Assembly (NCBI GenBank): GCA_001817495.1
Contig: MHIL01000026.1
Coordinates: forward strand, 18,657-67,986
Reading direction: 5' to 3'
DNA from: Candidatus Buchananbacteria bacterium RIFCSPHIGHO2_02_FULL_56_16
Lineage (GTDB): Bacteria > Patescibacteriota > Patescibacteriia > Buchananbacterales > UBA6539
Length of the DNA stretch: 49,330 nt
Part shown: piece after piece, positions 24,990 through 32,149 of the stretch
Numbering within the stretch: the first letter of the stretch is position 1
How the letters are laid out: each line of letters starts with the position of its first letter
Translations under genes and position numbers: made by a program
The notes under the pieces: generated by a model
What the model was told of the DNA's origin: nothing
The model's database searches: none
Seen by the model: only the letters and a program-made list of their open reading frames with translations

Positions 24990-25919
24990 ATGGAACCATT
25001 GGCGCTCCCTTCTAAAATCGAGATTCAGAAAGGCCGCAACGAGAATGAGGCCATCATCAGCATCCAGCCCTGTCATCCGGGCTACGGCACGACGCTCGGC
25101 AACGCCCTGCGGCGCGTCATTTTGTCATCGCTGCCCGGCGCAGCGGTGACCGCGTTTAAGATCAAGGGGGTCAGCCACGAATTCTCGGCCGTTCCACACG
25201 TCCTTGAAGACGTGGTGCAAATCGCGCTGAACCTCAAGCAGCTTCGCCTCAAGGTCCACAGCGCCGAACCGGTTCGCATTGAGCTCGAGGCGAAGGGCGA
25301 AAAAAAAGTAACCAGCAAAGATATCAAGCCGAGCGCCGACGTTGAGGTCGTCAACCCCGAAATGGTCATCGCGACCTTAACTGACAAGAACGCCGAGCTC
25401 AAGATGGAGCTGATCGTCAGCCAGGGCCGCGGCTACGTCCCGACCGAGGTCCAAGAAAAAGAGAACCTCGAGGTTGGGATGATTCCGATTGACGCGATTT
25501 TCACGCCCGCCCGAAACGTCGGCTTCCGGGTGGAGAACGTCCGGGTCGGCCAGATGACCAACTTTGAAAACCTCATTTTGACGATTGAGACCGACGGCAA
25601 CATTACGCCGCAAGAAGCGCTCACCCAGGCCACCCAGATCCTCCTGGATCACTTTAACTTCATCGTCGAAGCGAATAAGGTTGAAGATGAGCCGATAAAA
25701 CCAAAGAGAACCCGGAAGGCTAAAGCAACCACGACCGGCGAAACTGCCGTTGGCGAAGCCGAGAGCGAAACGCAAAAAGAAGCCAAGCCGAAACGGGCCA
25801 GCCGGACCAAGAAAGCGGCGAAAGCCGAAGCCGTAGCGGAAGAAGCGCCCGAGGTACCGGCGCAAAGTGAACCGGAAAAACCGGCAGAAACCAACGACGA
25901 GAGCCAAGCAGCTGCATAA
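24990..25919 (+). CDS. rpoA: DNA-directed RNA polymerase subunit alpha (NTD plus a low-complexity K/E/A tail)
   Basis: Alpha-NTD ..GYGTTLGNALRRVILSSLPGAAVTAFKIKGVSHEF... The last ~80 aa are Lys/Glu/Ala/Pro-rich. Confidence 0.9.
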   Translation: MEPLALPSKIEIQKGRNENEAIISIQPCHPGYGTTLGNALRRVILSSLPGAAVTAFKIKGVSHEFSAVPHVLEDVVQIALNLKQLRLKVHSAEPVRIELEAKGEKKVTSKDIKPSADVEVVNPEMVIATLTDKNAELKMELIVSQGRGYVPTEVQEKENLEVGMIPIDAIFTPARNVGFRVENVRVGQMTNFENLILTIETDGNITPQEALTQATQILLDHFNFIVEANKVEDEPIKPKRTRKAKATTTGETAVGEAESETQKEAKPKRASRTKKAAKAEAVAEEAPEVPAQSEPEKPAETNDESQAAA

Positions 25920-26111
25920 CATACGGTGAGTTGCGTGTAAAAATCCTAAATCCTAAGCGTTACATGTCAGCTTTGAGCTGATAGCGGCTAGATTTTTAGG
26001 AAGTAGCTTCTTAGCTTGTAGTTTTTTAGAAAACGGTAAGTCTCGGCAACTCGGAAGCTAAAAAAAGCTAACTCCTAATTCCTAAAAGCTAACGGCTAAA
26101 AGCTCCCTCAT
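25920..26111. repeat. Family F2 (AGCT-type) hairpin repeat, copy 3, ending at the rplQ start
   Basis: 25969-26021 is 50/53 identical to the reverse complement of 478-530. Its ends match copy 2. Confidence 0.75.
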
Positions 26112-26462
26112 ATGCGCCACCAAAAGCGAGGAAAAATTTTAGACCGAAAAAAGGCGCCGCGTGAAGCGATGATGCGTAACCTGGCGACCAGCTTGATACT
26201 GTACGAAAAAATCAAGACCACCACGGCTAAGGCCAAAGCGCTGCGGCCGCTGGCGGAACGGCTGGTTACCATTGCCAAAAAAAATGATCTGACCGCCCGC
26301 CGCCGGCTCTTGGCGGTGCTCTACCACAAAAAAGCGGTGAGCAAAGCGCTCGAGGTGATCGGACCGCGCTACCAGGACCGCCACGGCGGCTACACCCGGA
26401 TTACCAAAATCGGTCAACGTCAAGGAGATGGAGCAGATATTGCCCAGATTGAATTTGTTTAA
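26112..26462 (+). CDS. rplQ: 50S ribosomal protein L17
   Basis: MRHQKRGKILDRKKAPREAMMRNLATSLILYEKIKTT.AKAKALRP.AE.L. Confidence 0.95.
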   Translation: MRHQKRGKILDRKKAPREAMMRNLATSLILYEKIKTTTAKAKALRPLAERLVTIAKKNDLTARRRLLAVLYHKKAVSKALEVIGPRYQDRHGGYTRITKIGQRQGDGADIAQIEFV

Positions 26463-26591
26463 AATACCGATGCGAAACTGTGAATCAATACGAATGATAC
26501 AAATATACAAGCTAATCGCAAATTGCATATCGCCAATCACCGGTTCGATTTGCCATTTGCAATAAGCGATTAGCGATTTGCCATTCCCCCT
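26463..26591. repeat. Family F3 periodic hairpin repeat, copy 4, ending at the rplM start
   Basis: Shares exact 20-mer and 17-mer blocks with copy 2. Heptad-like units GCAAATC/GATTTGC. Confidence 0.65.
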
Positions 26592-27023
26592 ATGCCGACG
26601 ACTGCGGAAAAAAAATCAGCATCCAAGAAACCGGCGACGACCGAGGTTCAAAAACCAAAATCGAAACCCGGCTTCCAGCGTCAAGCCCACCAGATTGACG
26701 CGACCAACCAGGTCCTGGGCCGCTTGGCGTCGAGCATCGCCATCCTGCTGCGCGGCAAGCACCGGCCGACGTTTACGCCGCACCTCGATCAGGGCGACTT
26801 TGTGGTCGTTCGTAACGCCAAAAATTTAAAAATTACCGGCAACAAACGGGAACAAAAAATCTACTACCACCACTCCGGCTACCCGGGTGGATTAAAACGA
26901 ACCCAGATGAAAGACGTGATCGCCAAAAACCCGGGCGACGTCCTGCGCCGCGCGGTCTGGAACATGCTGCCAAAAAACAAGCTGCGCAGCCGGATGATTA
27001 AGCGGCTAACCATCATCAACTAA
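26592..27023 (+). CDS. rplM: 50S ribosomal protein L13 with basic N-terminal extension
   Basis: ..IDATNQVLGRLASSIAILLRGKHRPTFTPH.D.GDFVVVRNA.. Confidence 0.95.
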   Translation: MPTTAEKKSASKKPATTEVQKPKSKPGFQRQAHQIDATNQVLGRLASSIAILLRGKHRPTFTPHLDQGDFVVVRNAKNLKITGNKREQKIYYHHSGYPGGLKRTQMKDVIAKNPGDVLRRAVWNMLPKNKLRSRMIKRLTIIN

Positions 27024-27025
27024 TT

Positions 27026-27541
27026 ATGCCGACGACAGCAACCAAAAAAACGACAAAAAGGGCGCCGGTGAAGAAAGCGCCAAAAGAAAAAGAACCAGTG
27101 GTGGCCGTAGCGACCGCGGCCGAGAAGCGAGAGAAAAAAAAGCACATCCGCCACCCCTACCTCTACGCGGTCGGCCGACGTAAAAACGCCATTGCCCGCA
27201 CCCGCCTGTTCAGAAACGGCAAGGGCAATATTACGGTTAACCAAAAGGACTACACCGTCTACTTTCCGACCTTCTCGCTCCAGCAAATCATCAAGCAGCC
27301 GCTCGAAGCGGTCGGTAAGCTCACCGACTTTGATTTCTCAATCAAGGTTCACGGTGGGGGATCTCACGGTCAGGCCGAAGCGGCCCGCCACGGCATCACG
27401 AGGGCGCTGGTGGTTTTTGACGAAAACCTCAAACCGATTTTGAAACCCTTCGGCTACCTGACCCGCGACCCGCGCAAAAAGGAACGCAAGAAGCCGGGCT
27501 TGAAGAGAGCTCGTCGGGCCCCGCAGTTCAGCAAACGATAA
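27026..27541 (+). CDS. rpsI: 30S ribosomal protein S9 with basic N-terminal extension
   Basis: ..GRRKNAIARTRL..GNITVN...GGG..GQAEAARHGITRAL...PRKKERKKPGLKRARRAPQFSKR. Confidence 0.95.
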   Translation: MPTTATKKTTKRAPVKKAPKEKEPVVAVATAAEKREKKKHIRHPYLYAVGRRKNAIARTRLFRNGKGNITVNQKDYTVYFPTFSLQQIIKQPLEAVGKLTDFDFSIKVHGGGSHGQAEAARHGITRALVVFDENLKPILKPFGYLTRDPRKKERKKPGLKRARRAPQFSKR

Positions 27542-27549
27542 AACTACCA

Positions 27550-27575
27550 AACGGGGCTTCGGCCCCGTTTTTTTG
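27550..27575 (+). terminator. Intrinsic terminator after rpsI
   Basis: AACGGGGC-ttcg-GCCCCGTT followed by TTTTT. Confidence 0.8.
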
Positions 27576-27627
27576 ATTTCCAATTGATCCATAGCTTTTT
27601 TTTTGGGGGAAAAAAAAATTTATGACA

Positions 27628-27665
27628 GCGCGTAGCAGAACCTTTATGGTTCTGCGTCCTATTCA
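27628..27665. promoter_or_regulatory. Conserved palindrome-containing box, copy 1 (candidate operator)
   Basis: GCGCGTAGCAGAACCTTTATGGTTCTGCGTCCTATTCA is 38/38 identical to 28188-28225. Core inverted repeat CAGAACC-N5-GGTTCTG. Confidence 0.6.
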
Positions 27666-27739
27666 GCGGGCGACCCATACCCGCCTACATATAATTTCGG
27701 CGGGGTAAAAAGGGTCGGCTATGCGGTTTGCTTATTTTA

Positions 27740-27748
27740 TGATACACT
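27740..27748 (+). promoter_or_regulatory. Extended -10 (TGaTACACT)
   Basis: Conserved in the paralogous cassette as TGaTACAAT at 28278-28286. Confidence 0.45.
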
Positions 27749-27782
27749 CAAAACAGCTCTTTGAAAGGAAGGTAATAAGCAA

Positions 27783-28097
27783 ATGTCGGATGAACTCCGC
27801 AGCAACGGATCCAATAAAGGGGTTATACGTTCCATAATGTGGTGTATGGCGCTACCGCTTGGAATATTGAGTGTAATTGCCTTAGGGGGAGTGCTCATGA
27901 AGGGTCCTAGTTCACCAGATGATTGGCAAGCCTTAGTGGTAGGTTTTGGGGTCATACTAGCCCCAAACACTGGCTTATGGTTTGTCATCTGGCATTTATC
28001 AGAAGAATCGAAACGACCACCAGCGCCATGTTGCCCAACGTGCGGGCAGACCTTGCCCGAATGGCATCGCCTCCGTCGAGAAGGCATTACTCAATGA
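27783..28097 (+). CDS. Small membrane protein (104 aa) with C-terminal CPTCGQTLP motif
   Basis: Two hydrophobic segments. The C-terminus aligns with the 28319 ORF (LWFVIWH..CCPTCGQTLP versus TWLVIRH..CPSCGQELP). Confidence 0.6.
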   Translation: MSDELRSNGSNKGVIRSIMWCMALPLGILSVIALGGVLMKGPSSPDDWQALVVGFGVILAPNTGLWFVIWHLSEESKRPPAPCCPTCGQTLPEWHRLRREGITQ

Positions 28098-28150
28098 GAC
28101 TGTGCACACTAAAAAGGCAAAAGTTCTGCCATAACGATCGTCGTTCTTTG

Positions 28151-28181
28151 ATCCTCCGATAGCTAGTTGGAGGATTTTTTT
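28151..28181 (+). terminator. Intrinsic terminator
   Basis: ATCCTCC-gatagctagtt-GGAGGAT followed by TTTTTT. Confidence 0.65.
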
Positions 28182-28187
28182 ATGGCG

Positions 28188-28225
28188 GCGCGTAGCAGAA
28201 CCTTTATGGTTCTGCGTCCTATTCA
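28188..28225. promoter_or_regulatory. Conserved palindrome-containing box, copy 2
   Basis: Identical 38-mer to 27628-27665, while the flanking sequence has diverged. Confidence 0.6.
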
Positions 28226-28277
28226 TCGGACCACCTTGAGCTCGTGGAAAGGTCGGCTACGCGGGTTACTTATTTTA

Positions 28278-28286
28278 TGATACAAT
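28278..28286 (+). promoter_or_regulatory. Extended -10 (TGaTACAAT)
   Basis: Paralogous position to 27740-27748. Confidence 0.45.
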
Positions 28287-28318
28287 TAAAACAGCTCTTT
28301 GAAAGTGAGGGTATAAAA

Positions 28319-28510
28319 ATGTCAGGCTTAGAGCCTATCCTGAATTGGGTAGTCTGGACACAAGTCGGCGTGTCACTACTAATCTTAGGCATACCGACAT
28401 GGTTGGTAATTCGGCATGAGCAAAAAAAGAGAGCACCACGTTGCCCGTCCTGTGGCCAAGAATTACCACAAAATCATTCCCTAAAGCAGGGTGACAGCCA
28501 AAAGGCTTAA
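28319..28510 (+). CDS. Small membrane protein (63 aa), paralog of the 27783 ORF, CPSCGQELP motif
   Basis: ATG 28319 preceded by GTGAGGG. One TM helix plus a conserved C-terminal motif. Confidence 0.55.
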   Translation: MSGLEPILNWVVWTQVGVSLLILGIPTWLVIRHEQKKRAPRCPSCGQELPQNHSLKQGDSQKA

Positions 28511-28589
28511 TGGCCTTTACCTAAATGGCTGCCCCTCCACTGGTCCTCCAATAGCTTTTTGGGGGATTTTTTTATATACTATATGGTAT

Positions 28590-29132
28590 ATGATAGACTC
28601 AAATAATCAAACCGCAATCTTCGGCGGCGGGTGCTTCTGGTGCACTGAAGCGACGTTGAGCGAACTGCGCGGCGTAACTGATGTTAAACCCGGTTATGCC
28701 GGCGGCAGTATGCCGAACCCTAACTACGATCAGGTCTGCGGCGGCAATACCGGCCACGCCGAAGTGGTTCAGGTTACGTTTGACCCGACGCGCATCAGCT
28801 ACCAGGACTTGCTGGACGTCTTTTTTGCGGTTCATGATCCGACGAGCCCTAACCAGCAGGGCAACGACGTCGGCACCCAGTACCGTTCGGTGATTTTTTA
28901 CACCTCCGACGACCAAAAGCAACAAGCTGAAGCGTTCATCAAAAAGCTCACCGATGAGGGTGCCTACGACGGCCGCATCGTTACCGATGTAAAACCGCTC
29001 GATACGTTCTACGAAGCAGAGAGTCACCACCATCGCTACTACCAAAAAAATCCAAACCAGGCCTACTGCCAGGTTGTTATTAACCCGAAACTAAAGAAGC
29101 TTAAAGAAAAATACGCCACCCTGCTGAAATGA
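28590..29132 (+). CDS. msrA: Peptide methionine (S)-S-oxide reductase MsrA
   Basis: MIDSNNQTAIFGGGCFWCTEA..GYAGG..NPNY..VC.G.TGHAEVVQV.FDP. Start at ATG 28590. Confidence 0.9.
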   Translation: MIDSNNQTAIFGGGCFWCTEATLSELRGVTDVKPGYAGGSMPNPNYDQVCGGNTGHAEVVQVTFDPTRISYQDLLDVFFAVHDPTSPNQQGNDVGTQYRSVIFYTSDDQKQQAEAFIKKLTDEGAYDGRIVTDVKPLDTFYEAESHHHRYYQKNPNQAYCQVVINPKLKKLKEKYATLLK

Positions 29133-29557
29133 CACCTCAAGCGACAGCCAAGCGAGCCATTATCATTTTTGGTCTTGCCTTTGGACTCAATTTTATCTGG
29201 GAGTATTTTCACGCCCGGCTGTACCTACACTACCGGGGCGGCCCGATCACCGAGCTGGTTCTACTGCGGGCAACGCTGCTTGATGCGCTTTTTATCACCG
29301 GGTTGTTTATCGCGGTTTATACCATACCGTTCTTCTATAAAAACCGCTGGCGCTGGACGATTCTGTTTAGCTTTGCAGCCGCGGTGCTGCTCGAACGCTA
29401 CGCCCTGGCCACCGGGCGCTGGGCCTATGCCAATGCGATGCCGCTGATACCGCTACTAAAAACCGGCTTAACTCCGACGATTCAGCTGGCACTACTGGCC
29501 GTTCTGGCGTTTCGATTAGCCGGCGAAAAAAAAGCATTAAGCAAATTCTGTGGATAA
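29129..29557 (+). CDS. Integral membrane protein (142 aa), unknown function
   Basis: ATGA overlap with the msrA stop. Four hydrophobic segments. Confidence 0.6.
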   Translation: MTPQATAKRAIIIFGLAFGLNFIWEYFHARLYLHYRGGPITELVLLRATLLDALFITGLFIAVYTIPFFYKNRWRWTILFSFAAAVLLERYALATGRWAYANAMPLIPLLKTGLTPTIQLALLAVLAFRLAGEKKALSKFCG

Positions 29558-29596
29558 GTCATTTTTGATGACTTAATTAAGCGACGGTATAAACCC

Positions 29597-29624
29597 TTGA
29601 CAGATCTTTCAGATGTGATAAACT
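29597..29624 (+). promoter_or_regulatory. Sigma70-like promoter (TTGACA-16-TAAACT)
   Basis: Hexamers at 29597-29602 and 29619-29624. Confidence 0.5.
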
Positions 29625-29630
29625 TGATAC

Positions 29631-29878
29631 ATAAGGTTTAGATTGGATTGAAGTTTACAAGGGATAGGGGTTAGAGGTATGAGGTTACGGGTGATAGTTT
29701 TGAACCGTTTACGGTAAAAGGTTTAGAACTATCACCCCCCAACTTCTCCTCTAAAAAACAACCAAAAAAAATCAACCCCAAAATCCCTCAACAAATAAAC
29801 CTCAATCAACAACAAACACAATCTAAACCTTTTCAATTTGTCAAAAAATGATCCGGACAAGGCCGAGGCCTTGTTTTT
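29631..29878 (+). ncRNA. Candidate ~250-nt hairpin RNA (GT-rich 5' arm, AC-rich 3' arm) ending in an intrinsic terminator
   Basis: 29633-29645 pairs with 29819-29831 (13/13). 29690-29699 pairs with 29727-29736 (10/10). Terminator stem at 29857-29875 plus T run. No ORF. Confidence 0.45.
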
Positions 29879-29896
29879 GCGTATACCGTAATGGCA

Positions 29897-29905
29897 TGCT
29901 ATAAT
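29897..29905 (+). promoter_or_regulatory. Extended -10 (TGcTATAAT) of the cyclophilin gene
   Basis: TATAAT at 29900-29905. This places track start 29891 upstream of the promoter. Confidence 0.5.
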
Positions 29906-29926
29906 CGGACTATTAAGAAACCAGCT

Positions 29927-30619
29927 ATGAAATACTTACTCACTACCACTCTGCTGCTCGCGCTGCTTTTGACCGGCTGCCAGCAAAACACCGTCAGTAA
30001 ACCGGCCCAGCCGACGCCGCCCCCTGCGGCGACCAGCCAGGACAACTACCAAACCAGCCAAAACATTAACGCCCGCAGCCAGCCCACAACCATGAATACA
30101 AATTACCAGCCGACGCCGCCTACCGTAGAAAAACCAGCCTTCACCCAGGCGACGATCACCACCAGCGCTGGCGCAATCACCCTCGAGCTGTTCGCGAGCG
30201 ACGCGCCGGCAACAGTCAACAACTTCATTACCCTCGCCCAGAGCGGCTTTTATAACGGCACCAAGTTTCATCGGGTGATGCAAGACTTCATGATCCAGGC
30301 CGGCGACCCGCTGTCAAAGGACAACCGCCTCAAAGCGCGGTGGGGGACTGGCGGGCCCGGGTACGAGTTTGCCGACGAAATCAACCGCCACAAGCTCGTC
30401 CGCGGCTCCCTGGCCATGGCCAATGCCGGGCCGGACACCAACGGCAGCCAGTTTTTCATCGTGACCAAGGAATCCACGCCGTGGCTCGACGGCAAGCACA
30501 CCAATTTCGGCCGCGTTACCGCCGGCATGGATGTGGTTCTAGCCATTGAAGCCAGCCCGACCGACGCACAGGACCGGCCGATCAAAGATATCATCATTGA
30601 AAAAATCGAGCTCAAATAG
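29927..30619 (+). CDS. Cyclophilin-type peptidyl-prolyl isomerase, predicted lipoprotein
   Basis: MKYLLTTTLLLALLLTGC lipobox. ..FHRVMQDFMIQAGDP..GSLAMANAGPDTNGSQFFI.. cyclophilin core. Confidence 0.9.
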   Translation: MKYLLTTTLLLALLLTGCQQNTVSKPAQPTPPPAATSQDNYQTSQNINARSQPTTMNTNYQPTPPTVEKPAFTQATITTSAGAITLELFASDAPATVNNFITLAQSGFYNGTKFHRVMQDFMIQAGDPLSKDNRLKARWGTGGPGYEFADEINRHKLVRGSLAMANAGPDTNGSQFFIVTKESTPWLDGKHTNFGRVTAGMDVVLAIEASPTDAQDRPIKDIIIEKIELK

Positions 30620-30660
30620 CAACGCAAAAAACGATACCCTTCAGCAAAAATAGAGAGAGC

Positions 30661-30690
30661 CCCCGGCAACTGCGCCGGGGTTTTCTGCTT
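30661..30690 (+). terminator. Intrinsic terminator
   Basis: CCCCGGC-aactgc-GCCGGGG followed by TTTTCTGCTTT. Confidence 0.65.
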
Positions 30691-30718
30691 TGACACCTAA
30701 GTAAAAAAATGGCAAAAT
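30690..30718 (+). promoter_or_regulatory. Promoter (TTGACA-17-CAAAAT), -10 ends 6 nt before ATG 30725
   Basis: Hexamers at 30690-30695 and 30713-30718. Confidence 0.5.
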
Positions 30719-30724
30719 GAGAGC

Positions 30725-32149
30725 ATGGCTGAACGAACTCTAGTCAAAAACACGACCTACTTTACGGCAGCGTTGACGTTCCAAAAGATCCTGTCGTTTA
30801 TTTATTTCTGGTTCATTTCCAACAACCTGTTCGCCGAGAGCCTGGGCCAGTACGTCTTTGCTCTGTCGTTTACCACGCTGTTCTCAATCTTCATTGACCT
30901 GGGCCTCTCGCCAATCCTGACCCGCGAGGCGTCGAAGGACAACGCCGGGGCCAACCGGCTGCTGCGAAACGTCATCGGTCTCAAGCTGCCGCTCGCGGCT
31001 GCCACGCTGCTCGCCGCCTGGCTCTTCATCAACGTCACCGGCAAGCCGCCGGAGGTCAAATTACTCGTCTACCTGGCCAGCTTCGTGATGGTGCTCGACT
31101 CGTTCTCCTTGAGCTTTTGGGTGATGTTCCGGGCCCGGCACACGCTCACCTACGAGAGCATCGCTACCGTGCTGGTCCAGATGATCATCTTTACCTTGGG
31201 CATCATCGCGCTCAAGACCAGCGGCCAGATTCGGCATCTGATGCTCGCGCTCCTGGTCGCCAGCCTGTTTAACTTCGGCTTGAGCGCGCTGCTGCTCAAG
31301 CGTAAACTGCACTTCTCGCTCAAGCCCGAATGGAGTGCCGAGGTAATTGACGGCTTGCTGCGGGTCGTGCCGGCTTTCGCCCTGGCCGGCGTTTTTGTTA
31401 AAATTTACAATACCGTTGACTCGATCCTCCTGAGCTACCTGGTCGGCGACGCGGCGGTCGGCCTGTTCGCCATTCCCGCCAAGGTAGTCTACGCCTTTCA
31501 GCAGGTAATTCCGGCGGCTTTCGCCGCGGTAATCTTTCCGGCGTTTAGCACCTACTACAAACGGTCGCCGAGCCTGCTCTCCGGGACGTTTTTGAAAGCC
31601 TTCCGCTACCTCACCATCATCAGCCTGCCGCTCGCGGCCGGCCTGGTGGTGCTGGTGGGGCCGATTATCGAAACCCTCTGGCCCCGCTACGCGGCGGTGA
31701 TTCCAACCTTCATCGTGATGAGCCTGGCCATTCCGTTCATTTTTTTGGCGTTTCCCACCGGCTACCTCATGAACGCCTGCGACCGGCAGCGCCAGACCAC
31801 AACCAACCGCGGCATCATCACCGCCCTGGCCGTCATTCTCAACCTTAGCCTCATCCCGTCCCTAAGTTTCTACGGCGCGGGCATCGCGTTTTTGATTACG
31901 AATGTCGTCCTGCTCGGCCTCGACTTCATCTGGGTACGAAAGCTCATCCCGCTCAAGCTGGCCGCGCTGGGCAGCTTCGTAGGCAAGTCGGCGCTGGCAA
32001 CCGCGGTCATGGTGCTGCTGCTACTGGGCATCCGTCACCAGGTTCACGTCTTTGTCGCCGCACCGATCGGCGCGCTGGCCTACTTCGCGGTACTGGTCGG
32101 CATTCGGGGCTTTCGATTCTCCGAACTTACCGTAACTAAAGAGCGATGA
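30725..32149 (+). CDS. Polysaccharide flippase (MOP/Wzx family)
   Basis: 474 aa, about 12-14 TM segments, N-terminal ..KNTTYFTAALTFQKILSFIYFWFIS.. typical of polysaccharide biosynthesis proteins. Confidence 0.75.
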   Translation: MAERTLVKNTTYFTAALTFQKILSFIYFWFISNNLFAESLGQYVFALSFTTLFSIFIDLGLSPILTREASKDNAGANRLLRNVIGLKLPLAAATLLAAWLFINVTGKPPEVKLLVYLASFVMVLDSFSLSFWVMFRARHTLTYESIATVLVQMIIFTLGIIALKTSGQIRHLMLALLVASLFNFGLSALLLKRKLHFSLKPEWSAEVIDGLLRVVPAFALAGVFVKIYNTVDSILLSYLVGDAAVGLFAIPAKVVYAFQQVIPAAFAAVIFPAFSTYYKRSPSLLSGTFLKAFRYLTIISLPLAAGLVVLVGPIIETLWPRYAAVIPTFIVMSLAIPFIFLAFPTGYLMNACDRQRQTTTNRGIITALAVILNLSLIPSLSFYGAGIAFLITNVVLLGLDFIWVRKLIPLKLAALGSFVGKSALATAVMVLLLLGIRHQVHVFVAAPIGALAYFAVLVGIRGFRFSELTVTKER

